Source: Spizellomyces punctatus DAOM BR117 (lineage: Eukaryota). From it: a stretch of DNA of 64,000 nt. The notes below the pieces were generated by a model. The model did not search any database, was not told where the DNA came from, and saw nothing but the letters and a program-made list of their open reading frames with translations. The translations under genes were made by a program, and so were the position numbers. The stretch is taken from assembly GCA_000182565.2 (NCBI GenBank), contig KQ257456.1; one strand, 5' to 3'. Within the stretch, counting starts at the first letter, position 1. Each line of letters begins with the position of its first letter. Positions 13,042 through 23,611 of this stretch are shown piece after piece.

Positions 13042-15441
13042 TAAGGAAGTTTTGGTATTTCACAAGTTTTTATATTACATAGGTTGGACCTCGTGCTGTT
13101 CTTAAATGTATATATCTATATTAGATTTTAATAGTTCGTGTATCAATAATTCATTAATTAAAATATTTTTCATGGTTATATTGACGAACAACGAGATATG
13201 GATAACTTGCTGCTCACTACACTATTTTGAATTACTTTGATCATCGTTACAATGGCTAGATATGAGCCCCAATGCAGTCCTGCTACTCTTAAGCTCTCTT
13301 GTTCATTCTTCAACTTGTTGAGTTGCGCTCTACAGCTCAAATTACGTACACCAAATCATTAACAAAAAGCATTTGAATCTGACTTTGTGGGGTAGATTAT
13401 GGGGTATGCGTTCGTTCTCAGTGGCCTCCGTTGGGGAAAGGCGCTGAGTTCGATCTCCACATTGCGCGGGGGCTGACAGCTACGTCACAAGGTGACCCGC
13501 GACACAACGCTTGCTTGTGTGCCCCCCAGTACCTCTTGTGATTGCCATCTTCACGAGAGCTCTGGTCACTTTTGCTAAATGCGCATCATGGGTATCAGCG
13601 CAATCCTGGGTCTTGGACCGCTCCCTCCGCATTCGATCACCGCTTTTGGTGTCGCTGGGTTATGGCTCCCATTCACAACAGTCATGCACCAATGATTTGG
13701 ATCTTGTCAATCCTGGTGTTTGGGTCCAACTACTCCCACGCAGGGGATAGATATCGGATTGGATTCGTCAATATCGATCCAATTAAGGGAGGTTTCCTCG
13801 CATCAAAGCGACGGAGGGGGGGAGACGCAGAGACATGGTCTATGACGAAATGATATGTGTGAGAACGATGTTTGCAATGGGGCGACTTGATCGGTTGAAT
13901 GGGAACGAGTCGTCACTTGGGTATTGTATGCATCTTTCGAGTGTCATGCAAAATCCTGTCCCAGAATTTGCCCGTTTTGTGATCACTTTCTTGGAATATA
14001 TGTGACTAAAAACATCAACTACAGTACTTCACTGGAACTGGGGGACAATGGCTACAGTTTAGGTGACATTAAAGTTCGCAACATCGAAATGACGTTTCTA
14101 TGCAATTCGTTGGACATTGGCATGGGGAAAGGTCTCCATAGAGCGCTCATGGTCATCAGGGTATCTGCGCGGGCCCCACTTCGTAGATAGGTCATTTACA
14201 TTCTCCCAAAACTGTACTTCATGGGGCGGAAGATGATACCAGTTGTCCGCCCGCCCCAGTGATGATCAATTATCTGCTGCCTGCGAACGAGGTCGAGGAA
14301 CTGAAAATTGGGTAGGGTGCGACGTATAGGGCACAAAGATCCTGTAAGTCACTCTTTGACGGGCCTTGTCGGTGTCATTGCGCTACCAATGTCAACCGTT
14401 TGGAATAAACCTTTAACCAAGGGATAGTTGATAACTTGGTTATCACACCTGAATGCTCGTGATATTTACTTGCGTTTTCCTTTAACCTGGCACACCGCAG
14501 GAGCAAATCCTAATTTCAACAAGTTACATGCAATGGTTGTCTTGTCACATTCTTGGCAAAGAAAATGCGTCCCTCCCACAAGGAGTTAGCCAAAGGCCTC
14601 TTTGGCGAGTGCTCAGGAAGTACACATAGGTGTCAGTGTTTGTGAGGGAAATTGTGCAGAAGACAAGCTGGAGCTGACGGGAAGGGAATACCACAACTTG
14701 TGTGAGATATATGGGGATGGATTCAGATCTGTCTCCCTCCCAGAAACTTTTTGAGAACCAAAAGCAATCATGTGTGAAACCTCGCGAATTCACAAATCGC
14801 ATGGACACTTATGCAATCTCTCGCTCAGGGCGCTGACTGAACGCTTTTAGAAGCAAAAAAGTTTCTCAAGTGGGGTTCTTCAGCGCCCCAAGCCATGTTG
14901 GGCGGTAGATGGGTTTTGGTCTTCCATCGGGCGGTAAAATGATGGACAATGCGCGGGATGCGGCTAGTATACGTCCTGCATATACCACGGTTTTAGTTTT
15001 TGATAAAAGGGTTGTGCGCACCAGATTAGAATCCGGTGTCCAGAGTAAAGAATGTGCACATATAAATGCAATGTCCTAACTTTTCGTAAGTGCGCTTATT
15101 ACGGGCAGGTTCGGATCTGCAATGTTTACCGGGTGACGCAGCTTCTACTTGGTCACTTCAGCCGATCAAGCGACCTAGTCATTCGACTTCAACTGATTAG
15201 CTGACGGTTTTCAGCGGTGCATTCTACAACCAGTGTATTTGAATCTGCCTTTCAACGGCTACAAGTGTCGTCGACAATCGCATTGGTAACAAAAATTGAC
15301 AAGTTGCAAAGATATGTTCAGTATATTCAACTCTATTTTACAATACACTAATCCGATAAGGAGACTGACGCAGCGATCCACAACCATCTCGTCATGGAAA
15401 GCTCCGCTCCCACGCTCTTGCGAAAATGACCTCAACCTATC

Positions 15442-16794
15442 TCAGGCGGTAATGCCACCCCGCAGGGTTCGGAAACCCGTTCGCCCTTCACCATCCCTAC
15501 TCTCCTTCTTTCTCAAAGGTTTTAGCCACGCCGGCATCAATTTACTCCGCGCTCGTTGAGAATCTCTTCTCATAACCCGCCCCCCTCGAGGTAATGTAGA
15601 GCCAACTACGCCATTCACCACCTCTTGCTGAATGACAAGGCCATCAGTTCCGCAAAACCTTCGCAACAGTTCGTCGCGACGGGCGGGGTCCACTCCTTTA
15701 TGATCGACTTCGAAACGAGCGACTTTGAGCATAGCTCCTTGAAACTGAGCTGTTTGGTCGAATGCGAGATGCACACACCAGTCCAAGAGAAATCTCTCCG
15801 GTGCACCGTCCAGAGAGCGTTCTCGGCGTTGATGTGAGATATAGATAGCACGGTTGCGATGTACTGGTTGCGATGATGGTGATGGCAGGGTAGTTGGGGG
15901 CAAGTTGACAGGAATGTCGGATGCTGTGGCCGGCACAGGTGGATCCTCACTCTCATCATTTTGCATCTCATTGTCCCTATCATCCGAAGGTTCAATCGCT
16001 TCACAAAATCTGACAATAATCTTCCATCCCTCTGGTCCACGAACATCCCTTGCCATTAACCCACAAGGCCCGAGGAGGTTTTGATGAAGGTAATATGCGC
16101 CAGTGAGTACGATGCATTGGTTGAGTGCTCTTAATAGTCGGGCCGTTGGCGAGCTCGTTGTCAGAATATTTGTGACAAGGTGTTTGACTGCGATGTGGTC
16201 TCCCTGTGCGCAATATGAACTCTTTTTTATCTCATCCCGAAGCGCTGTGAGGGTTGCTTCAGGCTCTAGATGTCGTGCTAGAGTAAGGAGGGTGGAAAGG
16301 TTATTGAAACGGCTCTGGGATGATGCGTCAGAACTACTGGAATGATTTGACGAAGCTGGATTGGTATCTTGCTCAATAGAGTCTGGTTTTGTAGTGTCAG
16401 GTAGCAGGTGTGGGCTGGGACTTTGCCGACTGTCAAGCTGATCTACATATTCCGATTCTACAAGAGTATTGTCGACTTTCTCGTCCTCTTGGCCTTGCCA
16501 AACGCCTGGCTCCTCCACCTGCACAAGCTCATTGCCCTCCCAAATCTCCACTCTATGTGCCAAGCGGGGAAAGTCCTTCCATACGACTCCCCAGTCGTGT
16601 CCCTCTAATATGGCGCGCAACTCTTGTTCAAAGCTCGTATCAGAGTGGTCGACGGAAAGAGCTAACAGAGACCGGGTTTCGAGGCTCGTGGGCCTCTCGA
16701 GGGTAGCTGGTCGCATTGGGGCGTGAGCCTTTCGACATTTGACTTCTTCTGCAGTGCGAACAGCATGTGGAATCGAAGACATGATACTCGGCAT
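15442..16794 (-). CDS. Uncharacterised 450-aa protein; globular central/C-terminal domain reminiscent of the amoebozoan GlfB-like C-terminal domain
   Basis: Long intronless ORF. Conserved-looking blocks RLLRALNQ..., ARDVRGPEGWKIIV and ISHQRRERS..FLLDW are separated by low-complexity linkers. The domain assignment is from memory only. Confidence 0.7.
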   Translation of the reverse strand: MPSIMSSIPHAVRTAEEVKCRKAHAPMRPATLERPTSLETRSLLALSVDHSDTSFEQELRAILEGHDWGVVWKDFPRLAHRVEIWEGNELVQVEEPGVWQGQEDEKVDNTLVESEYVDQLDSRQSPSPHLLPDTTKPDSIEQDTNPASSNHSSSSDASSQSRFNNLSTLLTLARHLEPEATLTALRDEIKKSSYCAQGDHIAVKHLVTNILTTSSPTARLLRALNQCIVLTGAYYLHQNLLGPCGLMARDVRGPEGWKIIVRFCEAIEPSDDRDNEMQNDESEDPPVPATASDIPVNLPPTTLPSPSSQPVHRNRAIYISHQRRERSLDGAPERFLLDWCVHLAFDQTAQFQGAMLKVARFEVDHKGVDPARRDELLRRFCGTDGLVIQQEVVNGVVGSTLPRGGRVMRRDSQRARSKLMPAWLKPLRKKESRDGEGRTGFRTLRGGITA

Positions 16795-17061
16795 GTACTT
16801 GCGAACGGTAAAAAGGAAGGGAATGGGAGCAGGGCAATGCTCCGCTTATGTATTCGGGTGTGTTGACGAACGTTTGGGTGTTGCGCGGGGAGATGTGCTT
16901 TTGTGCGCGGGCGGCAAGCTGGACTCGTCGGAACCTTCGGAGGGTGAGCTGCGCCCCAAAAGTGTTATTTCCAACAGACGCGTTTTTAAACTTCTGCTAA
17001 AAGACCCCGCTCTTTTCCTCCTCCTTTTTTCCTCTCCTTCCGACACACACGACGGAGGAAA

Positions 17062-17259
17062 ATGTCTGGAACGACGCCGTCCCGCCCTCCCCCACGCTGC
17101 CTGGCTTGCAGCGCACAGATAGCCACATATGCTCCATCGACGTGCGGCCATATATCTCTGTGCAAGGCGTGTGCAATGAAGCAGGCGACAGGTGGAAAGT
17201 GCAAGGTGTGCAAGGAATGGTTTGGAGACGTCAAGAGATTAGTGACGGACCAAAGCTGA
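17062..17259 (+). CDS. Small (65 aa) RING-finger (C3HC4-type) protein
   Basis: CLAC-x11-CGH-x3-CKAC-x8-CKVC spacing; ATG in AAAATG context. Confidence 0.7.
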   Translation: MSGTTPSRPPPRCLACSAQIATYAPSTCGHISLCKACAMKQATGGKCKVCKEWFGDVKRLVTDQS

Positions 17260-17738
17260 AGGAATTTATTGGTGTAGAATGTAGAAATACACCCCTTGCA
17301 CAATGTATCCATTTTCCACGCTGTGGATACAGTCGTTGGCAAAAGTACGTTTGTTTACAATGTTTATCTACACATCTTGACAAGACAATGCCTGCGCTTA
17401 CGCACATAGCGTTCGGGCCATTTCTCCTCGACCCCTGCTCTACCTGTCATACAATTCTCGCAATCGCCAAGGTCTCAACGTGGAAGGGGGGTTTGTGCTC
17501 TTTGCCAGCGAAGACTCTTGATCTAACTTGAAGGCAAACAGAAAACACAACGTTCTGATTGGCCATGATAAGAACGCATGGCTGTGAACTCAAGAAAACA
17601 TGTGGCTATTCTCAAACTATTCTGAAAGGTTCCTCTTGCAGAATACGCCAATCATGGCGATATCCGCATGGGCCAAAATATGATTTAGATAATTCCAAAG
17701 GGTCATGAACATTGATGTGGTGGATACGGAAAATACAG

Positions 17739-19644
17739 TTAAATGGTCACGCCATGAACATCCACTCCCCTCTCCCTCACTCGTAACGCTGCTCTTTGAG
17801 CCCGCCGGACGCTTTCCGGCTCTACTTCCGTGAACAATAGGCGTTGTCGTTCCCATACGGTGCCGCGCTCCTCCAGTCGGCGAACGTAAAAGAAAAAACC
17901 TCCCAAACCACCCAAAAAGGTGATCGTGGCGGTCAATAAAATCGCTCGTACAGCAGTAGGCGACAGTGTCAAGTGGGAAGAATCATCCTCCTCCTCCCTC
18001 GGGAGCTTTTCATTAGAGTCCATGCAGAGTGTGTACAACTCCAGCATGTGCCGGCGGTCTTTCTTCGGTTTCTTCGATATGTCTGGAAGGATACCCTCCT
18101 CAACCTGCATGCGGCGTATCCAATCGGTATACCCCTCTGCTGTAAGGTTATGCATTTTAAAGTTGGATCTGGTTTTGCATGCGCTGCGGTATTGTAGTGT
18201 ATCGGTTCCTGGGTCCTTGGCATGCTTTTCGTTAGCCCGAACAAGATCCGCATACCACAGCACTTCTTCAGAAATAATTGCGGTGCGTCCGATGTCTACT
18301 ATCCCTGTCCGGAATCCAGGATTGTGCACAGGAACGATGGAGGAAGAAGTCCTTACGGTCCCTGGATAATCCAAGCGCGTCAATCCTAATTCATGCGAGT
18401 ATCTCCTTAAGAGACTTGAGGCCTACCAACAACTTTGAGCTTGTCCATTTTCAACCTCTTCAACGTCTTTGCTGTCACGGCATGAAGACTGTACGGCGTC
18501 TCGTTGATCTCATTCACCGTACCATGCGCGGCGCGCACAAGCACACTCACAACGTCCTTATTGACGTGGCCGTAGTATGCCCCAAGAATGACATCCGAAT
18601 ACTCTCCCGTGAGATGAAGGTACCATTTATAACAGTTTCGTCGGTATAAAGGTGAATTGCTGTAGTCGGCTGGAGGTACATGGCCAAGGAGAAATACTCT
18701 TTCATTACCAACGCGGGCAGCTTTGAGCTGTGCTTCCAGCCAAGTAAATTGGACATCCCCCGGATGAAGTGATGTCGACGGAGCCTTGCCCCGCTCGAAG
18801 ACCGAGCAGTCTGAATCGTTTCCATTAGCGTAAAAGAAATTGGATTGGTTGCAAGGACGACAAACCTGATACACTCGGGTTGTCCTCATACCAGTACAGA
18901 GTATTCAAACTAAGGCCAATAACTTGACCTTTCACGAGAGTACGTTTGAACCAGCCACCTTCCTCAAATGTTGTACGGATGTTGTCATCAGGGCTGGCGC
19001 CTTCGTCTAAAACCGGCTGCCAAGTCTTGTATAATCGCTGGAGTCCAACATTTGGCCCGGGATCCAGAGCATTGGAAGGCCATACATCCCAATTACCAAT
19101 AGAGGGGATAATGATGGTTCGGGAGAGATCAAATGTGCGTTGGAGGTAATACACGATCTCCAAATTTTGTGAAACGACTTCCGATGCATCGCGAGGAAAA
19201 GATTTATCTCGATCATGTCTACTAGAGTCCCCTGTCCAAAACACAAAATCTATATCTTGGTTAGCGAGGACTTCCCGCTTGATGGATGTGAACGTGTCTT
19301 CAACAAGAGGTAACGGACTATCGCAGGTTGTCCCCAAGGCACCATAGTGACTGACTGAAGGAGCGCTGGAAGTATCGCTTGAAAACTGTGACGCCGGGGC
19401 ACGATGGCATTGGGTGCTTGGGTCACTGTGCGGGACATAAAATGGGTCGTAGTGGATATCAGTGATGTGAACTATTGCAACAAGTAAGAACGAGGCAATT
19501 AGACAAGTCGCGTGTTTGACAAGCTTTTTGACACCTACGAAAACGTTTGGAAACGTGGCTCGGCGGCTTGGCAGATGGTGCTGCGACTGCCAGCAACGGC
19601 AGCAGCAGGGCTAGGAGGAGGGATGGTCCTTTGTCACGCAGCAT
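17739..19644 (-). CDS. Endopolyphosphatase Ppn1 / acid-sphingomyelinase-like metallophosphoesterase with N-terminal signal peptide and C-terminal TM helix; 3 introns
   Basis: LHITDIHYDP, FVFWTGDSSRHD, IGNWDVWP, LLGHVPP, YYGHVNKD, SIVPVHNPGFR. Confidence 0.85.
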
Positions 19645-19842
19645 TGATGGAAGAAGATTGCACAAGAAGGAGAGGCCGTGATATCAGATCCTGCCCCGAT
19701 GCCTGCGCCACAATATGACGCACGTGCGTCCCCCATCCGACCAGTCACGTGTTATAGGACGCTGCAAACGTGCAGATGAAAAGCAATTATAAACAATGGC
19801 CGCCCATGTAAAGATATATTACAGTCAATGTACAATAAAACT

Positions 19843-20076
19843 TCATTTATCTTCAGATGTAGAATCGATGGGTACCACATCCTCCACTCTGCCTAACCGA
19901 ATCGGATCTGCGACGACGGGAGATGCATATGCGTGCGTAAGTCGCTCATCGCTTTCCTGTATCGTTTGAGTGGGAGCATTGGCCATAGGAGCGGGTTTTG
20001 GCAAGGAGGGAACAGCAAAGGTGGAAGGATCCGGAGGTTGGTGGTGCTCTTGACCTGATTGTGGTTGCGAAGACAT
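19843..20076 (-). CDS. Small hydrophilic hypothetical protein (77 aa)
   Basis: ATG in ACACAATG context like neighbouring genes; fills an otherwise empty interval; no recognisable family. Confidence 0.45.
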   Translation of the reverse strand: MSSQPQSGQEHHQPPDPSTFAVPSLPKPAPMANAPTQTIQESDERLTHAYASPVVADPIRLGRVEDVVPIDSTSEDK

Positions 20077-20373
20077 TGTGTTTAAAAGGACTTTGGTGGG
20101 GTTCGTTGTGTGCGTTTCTTGTTTGTTTGCGTCGATGCAGGAAGGTTGTCTTTCGCATTGCCCGTCTTTTATATCAGCTCATAAGCGAGTGTCGTCATTG
20201 TGACTTCGTAAGCGGTTGGCGGTCATGTGATCTATTACTTCAGCATACGCGTCATGCCTTGCAGAGCATGATGCAGGGTCATCAGGTGTAACGCCTTGAG
20301 AAGCAACGCTTGTTTCAACGTTAGTTTTCACTATCGTGGTCACAACCATAGGAAAAAGTCTCAGCGGCAAATA

Positions 20374-20870
20374 ATGACTCGTACGCACTCCCATTCTGCA
20401 GGCCCCGCTGCAGCTATTCACGACCGGCACCTTCAACGTCACGGAGGAGACGCTAGAGGCGCTCCGAAGAAGCAAGGTGGAGGGAAACACAATTGGGGAA
20501 CGGCTGACGAGATCCAAGAAGAGCTGCCTCTTGCTAGAGAGTTTGGCGATAGTAACTATATGAGCGTTACGAACGAGGAAGAGTTGGATCGTGCTTCTGC
20601 GGAAGACTTGAAGAGGTACGAGGAACGGGTTCATGTAAGTATCCATCAAACCTCGGCGCTTGATGCCATAGGGGATGTCTAATTAGTTCTCCCTTGCGTG
20701 CAGGTGGTTTCAGCTGAGGACTTTGCCCGCGAAAAGGGAATTGATGCCGAGACGGCGAAAGAAGTAGCCAGGGAACACCCAGCTGTAATGTATCCAGACC
20801 GTGTACGATTGATATGGTTAAACTTCAAGAAGTACTCACATTTGTCTGGGCACTTTTACTATAGGCTTGA
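20374..20870 (+). CDS. Stf2/Tma10-like small hydrophilin (HABP4/PAI-RBP1-type motif); 2 introns, 2-codon last exon
   Basis: MTRT...DRHLQRHG...PKKQGGGKHNWG; intron 20635-20703 (GTAAGT...GCAG). Confidence 0.75.
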
Positions 20871-21317
20871 ACCCCATCATCCGCACAAGTCGGCTTCGTT
20901 GAATTCGCTGGCGATGAAAGTGGGTAGAATAGCATGAAAAAAAGAGACGTAAATAGGAGCTTCCTGTTGTTTAGTGAGCAGTTGAAGGATTGGACAAAAC
21001 ACGGGAGTTGATCACGTGGCGAATGATGACTAGCAAGCGTTCACCTTCAAGTTCAGACTTTGTGTGCTGTGATTTGTCGGAAATGAAATTATACTCATCT
21101 TAAAGAGTTGAGCGCGGAGACTAGTCTTCAGTATTGCAGGGGACCGACCGTTCAAACGGTCCGAGAGGCTTTACGAATTTCTTTTCTTCACTGTTCTTTT
21201 GTTACCATCTAGATGTAACGGCATTGGCCATTGTAAAGCATACGATTTCTAACCTACCCATTATACACCGCACAACTCTTCCACATTGCAGTATTGAAAA
21301 CATCCTCTCTTGTATGA

Positions 21318-23335
21318 ATGGAAAGCGATAACCGCTTATCAGAGGTCGCCGCGTCCCACCGACGTTCTTCCCGGCTACGAAACGCGCACGTCCATCATAA
21401 AAGCGGCAAGGCCGCCTCTGATACCAACAAACAGGCGACATTTGCTACTCCAAAAGTAGATCGTTGCCGGGAAAGCAAGTTTCAGAATGGAAGGATCATC
21501 CGAGGACTAGAGGATGGTGACGAGCATGCGTCTATTGACCGAACTGCATGTTCGGCGGATGTATGTGAGGAAAGCCTCGCAGCAGGACAGAAGCGGAAGC
21601 GGAGAGGGAGGACAACTGAATCTTCTCGGACGGGTACGGCGCTGAGACGGCCGCAGACGATGTGCACCAAAGTCCAGAAAGATCGCGGGTGCAGTGGCAC
21701 AATTGACAGCTTGTCGAAAGGCAGAGCTCAGACTCCTCTCCACAATGTAGCCCTGGAATCGCATACTCAAGGGGGCACGGTGCGGTCAGAGAGTCAAGTT
21801 ATGAACGACAGTGACGACGATGCAGACTTGGTGATGGACCCAAGTGACGTCCTCTGGAGCTCTCCGTCGAAGAAGACTAAAAACCGGGCTACTTGTAAAG
21901 GTACAGAAAGAATGATGGAATGGTTGAGGACCATCCTACATATTCGAGATACTGAAGTTCTGTTTCGACCTTACAGCAAAGCGAACGAGCAAGCCTGCGG
22001 TAAAGGGAGGAAAGCGAGATTATCACGCAGGGAGCTCCTCGGTAGCGGAAAGTAATGTAAATGGTTGCGCTGGGTATGCATGGGCGCGGATCTTATCGTC
22101 ATTGTGATCTAAGCTCACTCCTTCGTTCCAGATCAGACAGCGATATAGATCGAGGAGATGCGAGGTTTGCACAGCGTGCTTGCTACAATGGTCAGGTTTC
22201 CTTGTCCACCTCTAAAAGTGTATATTTATCGGTGCAGCCTGCGAATACCTGGAGAGGCTGTGCTGGCGTTCTTTGCCGAAGACCGACGATATTATCCCGC
22301 CCAAATTAAGAGTTATAATCCTACTACGGCCAAGTATAAAGTCTCGTTCGCTCAAGGCTATACCAGATCTTTGCCAAGAAACAAGTTCCATACTCAATTT
22401 GAGAAGGCATTCAAGATGGTTGAGGTAAGAGATGAATCCTTTCCCCGTTGCCAACTTGATCTGCCACGATGACACACTGCCTCCAGGTCGGCGATATACG
22501 GGGTTATTATTATCATTCAAACGAGTCACCGCGTCGCCATGAAAATAACTCTCCGTTCGCGTGCGAACTAGACGCCGTGCTGCCCGCCATTGGGCTGTTG
22601 GTTTCTGGTCCTGTGGATCAATGCCGTAGAGCTGACGCATTCTTCAATGGAAAAGTGAAGCAATTAGAGCACAATCTCTCATATGGACCATTTGAGAAAG
22701 ATCAGATTGATATGGTGGTACGCGTGGTGAAGGAGAGATTTTTTGCAAGTCTTTTTGCAAAAGGGGGAACCTCGGCGGAAGACGAAGGGGATGAGTTGGA
22801 CAACAAGGGCTCGATGGGGAACCGGGACCCAAGAGATATTCTAGAAAGGGAAAGTGCGAAGACTTCCGCATCTGAGGAGCAAACCCACGTTGGGCGACTA
22901 CCTTCTCCTCCACCATCTCAGTCACGACATATTCCCCCTGCCACAGCGGAACCAGAAAGCAGCGCCATAGAGCCAAATGCATCCAGTTCGTCCCATGGGA
23001 TCAAGCATGACAAACCAGCAGAGGTGAAGAGAGACATTTCTCACAGCGAAGATCAAATAACCTGCATTTCAGAATCCGGTTCATCATCGTCTCTTGCACT
23101 TCTCTCCACACCGTTAAAAGCCGACAAATTTACCCGCCTGGTTCTCCTTCCTGAAGCTTTGGTTCGAATTATCATGGCACGAAATAACCAAACCTACCAG
23201 GAAGCGGAAAAAGAGTTACGAATATCTGTTACACGGAACCGCTTGAATTGGGTGGAAGAGGTAATGACTGCTTTGCATTGCGTAGTAATGGGAGAAGTGG
23301 TCGGTAAAGGTAGAAGAAGGTTGGAATGTGACTAA
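21318..23335 (+). CDS. Hypothetical nuclear protein with a Tudor/PWWP-like domain; ~4 introns
   Basis: PGEAVLAFFAEDRRYYPAQIKSYN...YKVSF is a Royal-family-like pattern; KRKRR NLS; exons join through GT-AG introns. Confidence 0.6.
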
Positions 23336-23611
23336 GAGGTTTTCATTAGCTGTATTATACTCCAAGAATTACATGATATCACGTCGACGCTTCTTTGTGC
23401 ATTTAAGATATATCCACCCTTCTAGAGGGATGATCCATTTGAGGTATTCTATTGTGTACCTAGGCGACGGAGGCTGGCCCAAGCTATGATCATCAGTCAA
23501 TGACAGCCAGCCCTTCCGTGCCTTGCCACGACCGGGGAAGCTATTGGGACTACAAATCCTAGATAAAAATATCGCCCGTGCAAAATGATGAACATCCGCA
23601 TGACTCCTACG

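Noticed and set aside
13410..13465. CTCAGTGG...GAGTTCGATCTC resembling a tRNA (including tRNA-Sec)
   Set aside because: No cloverleaf, anticodon arm or acceptor stem can be built; only a simple hairpin.
14259..14304. GTGATGA...CTGA C/D-box pair
   Set aside because: Only ~45 nt apart, with no terminal stem or recognisable rRNA guide.
13511..14808. Several 79-103 aa ORFs
   Set aside because: Non-ATG starts, no motifs, and I could not build a consistent spliced model.
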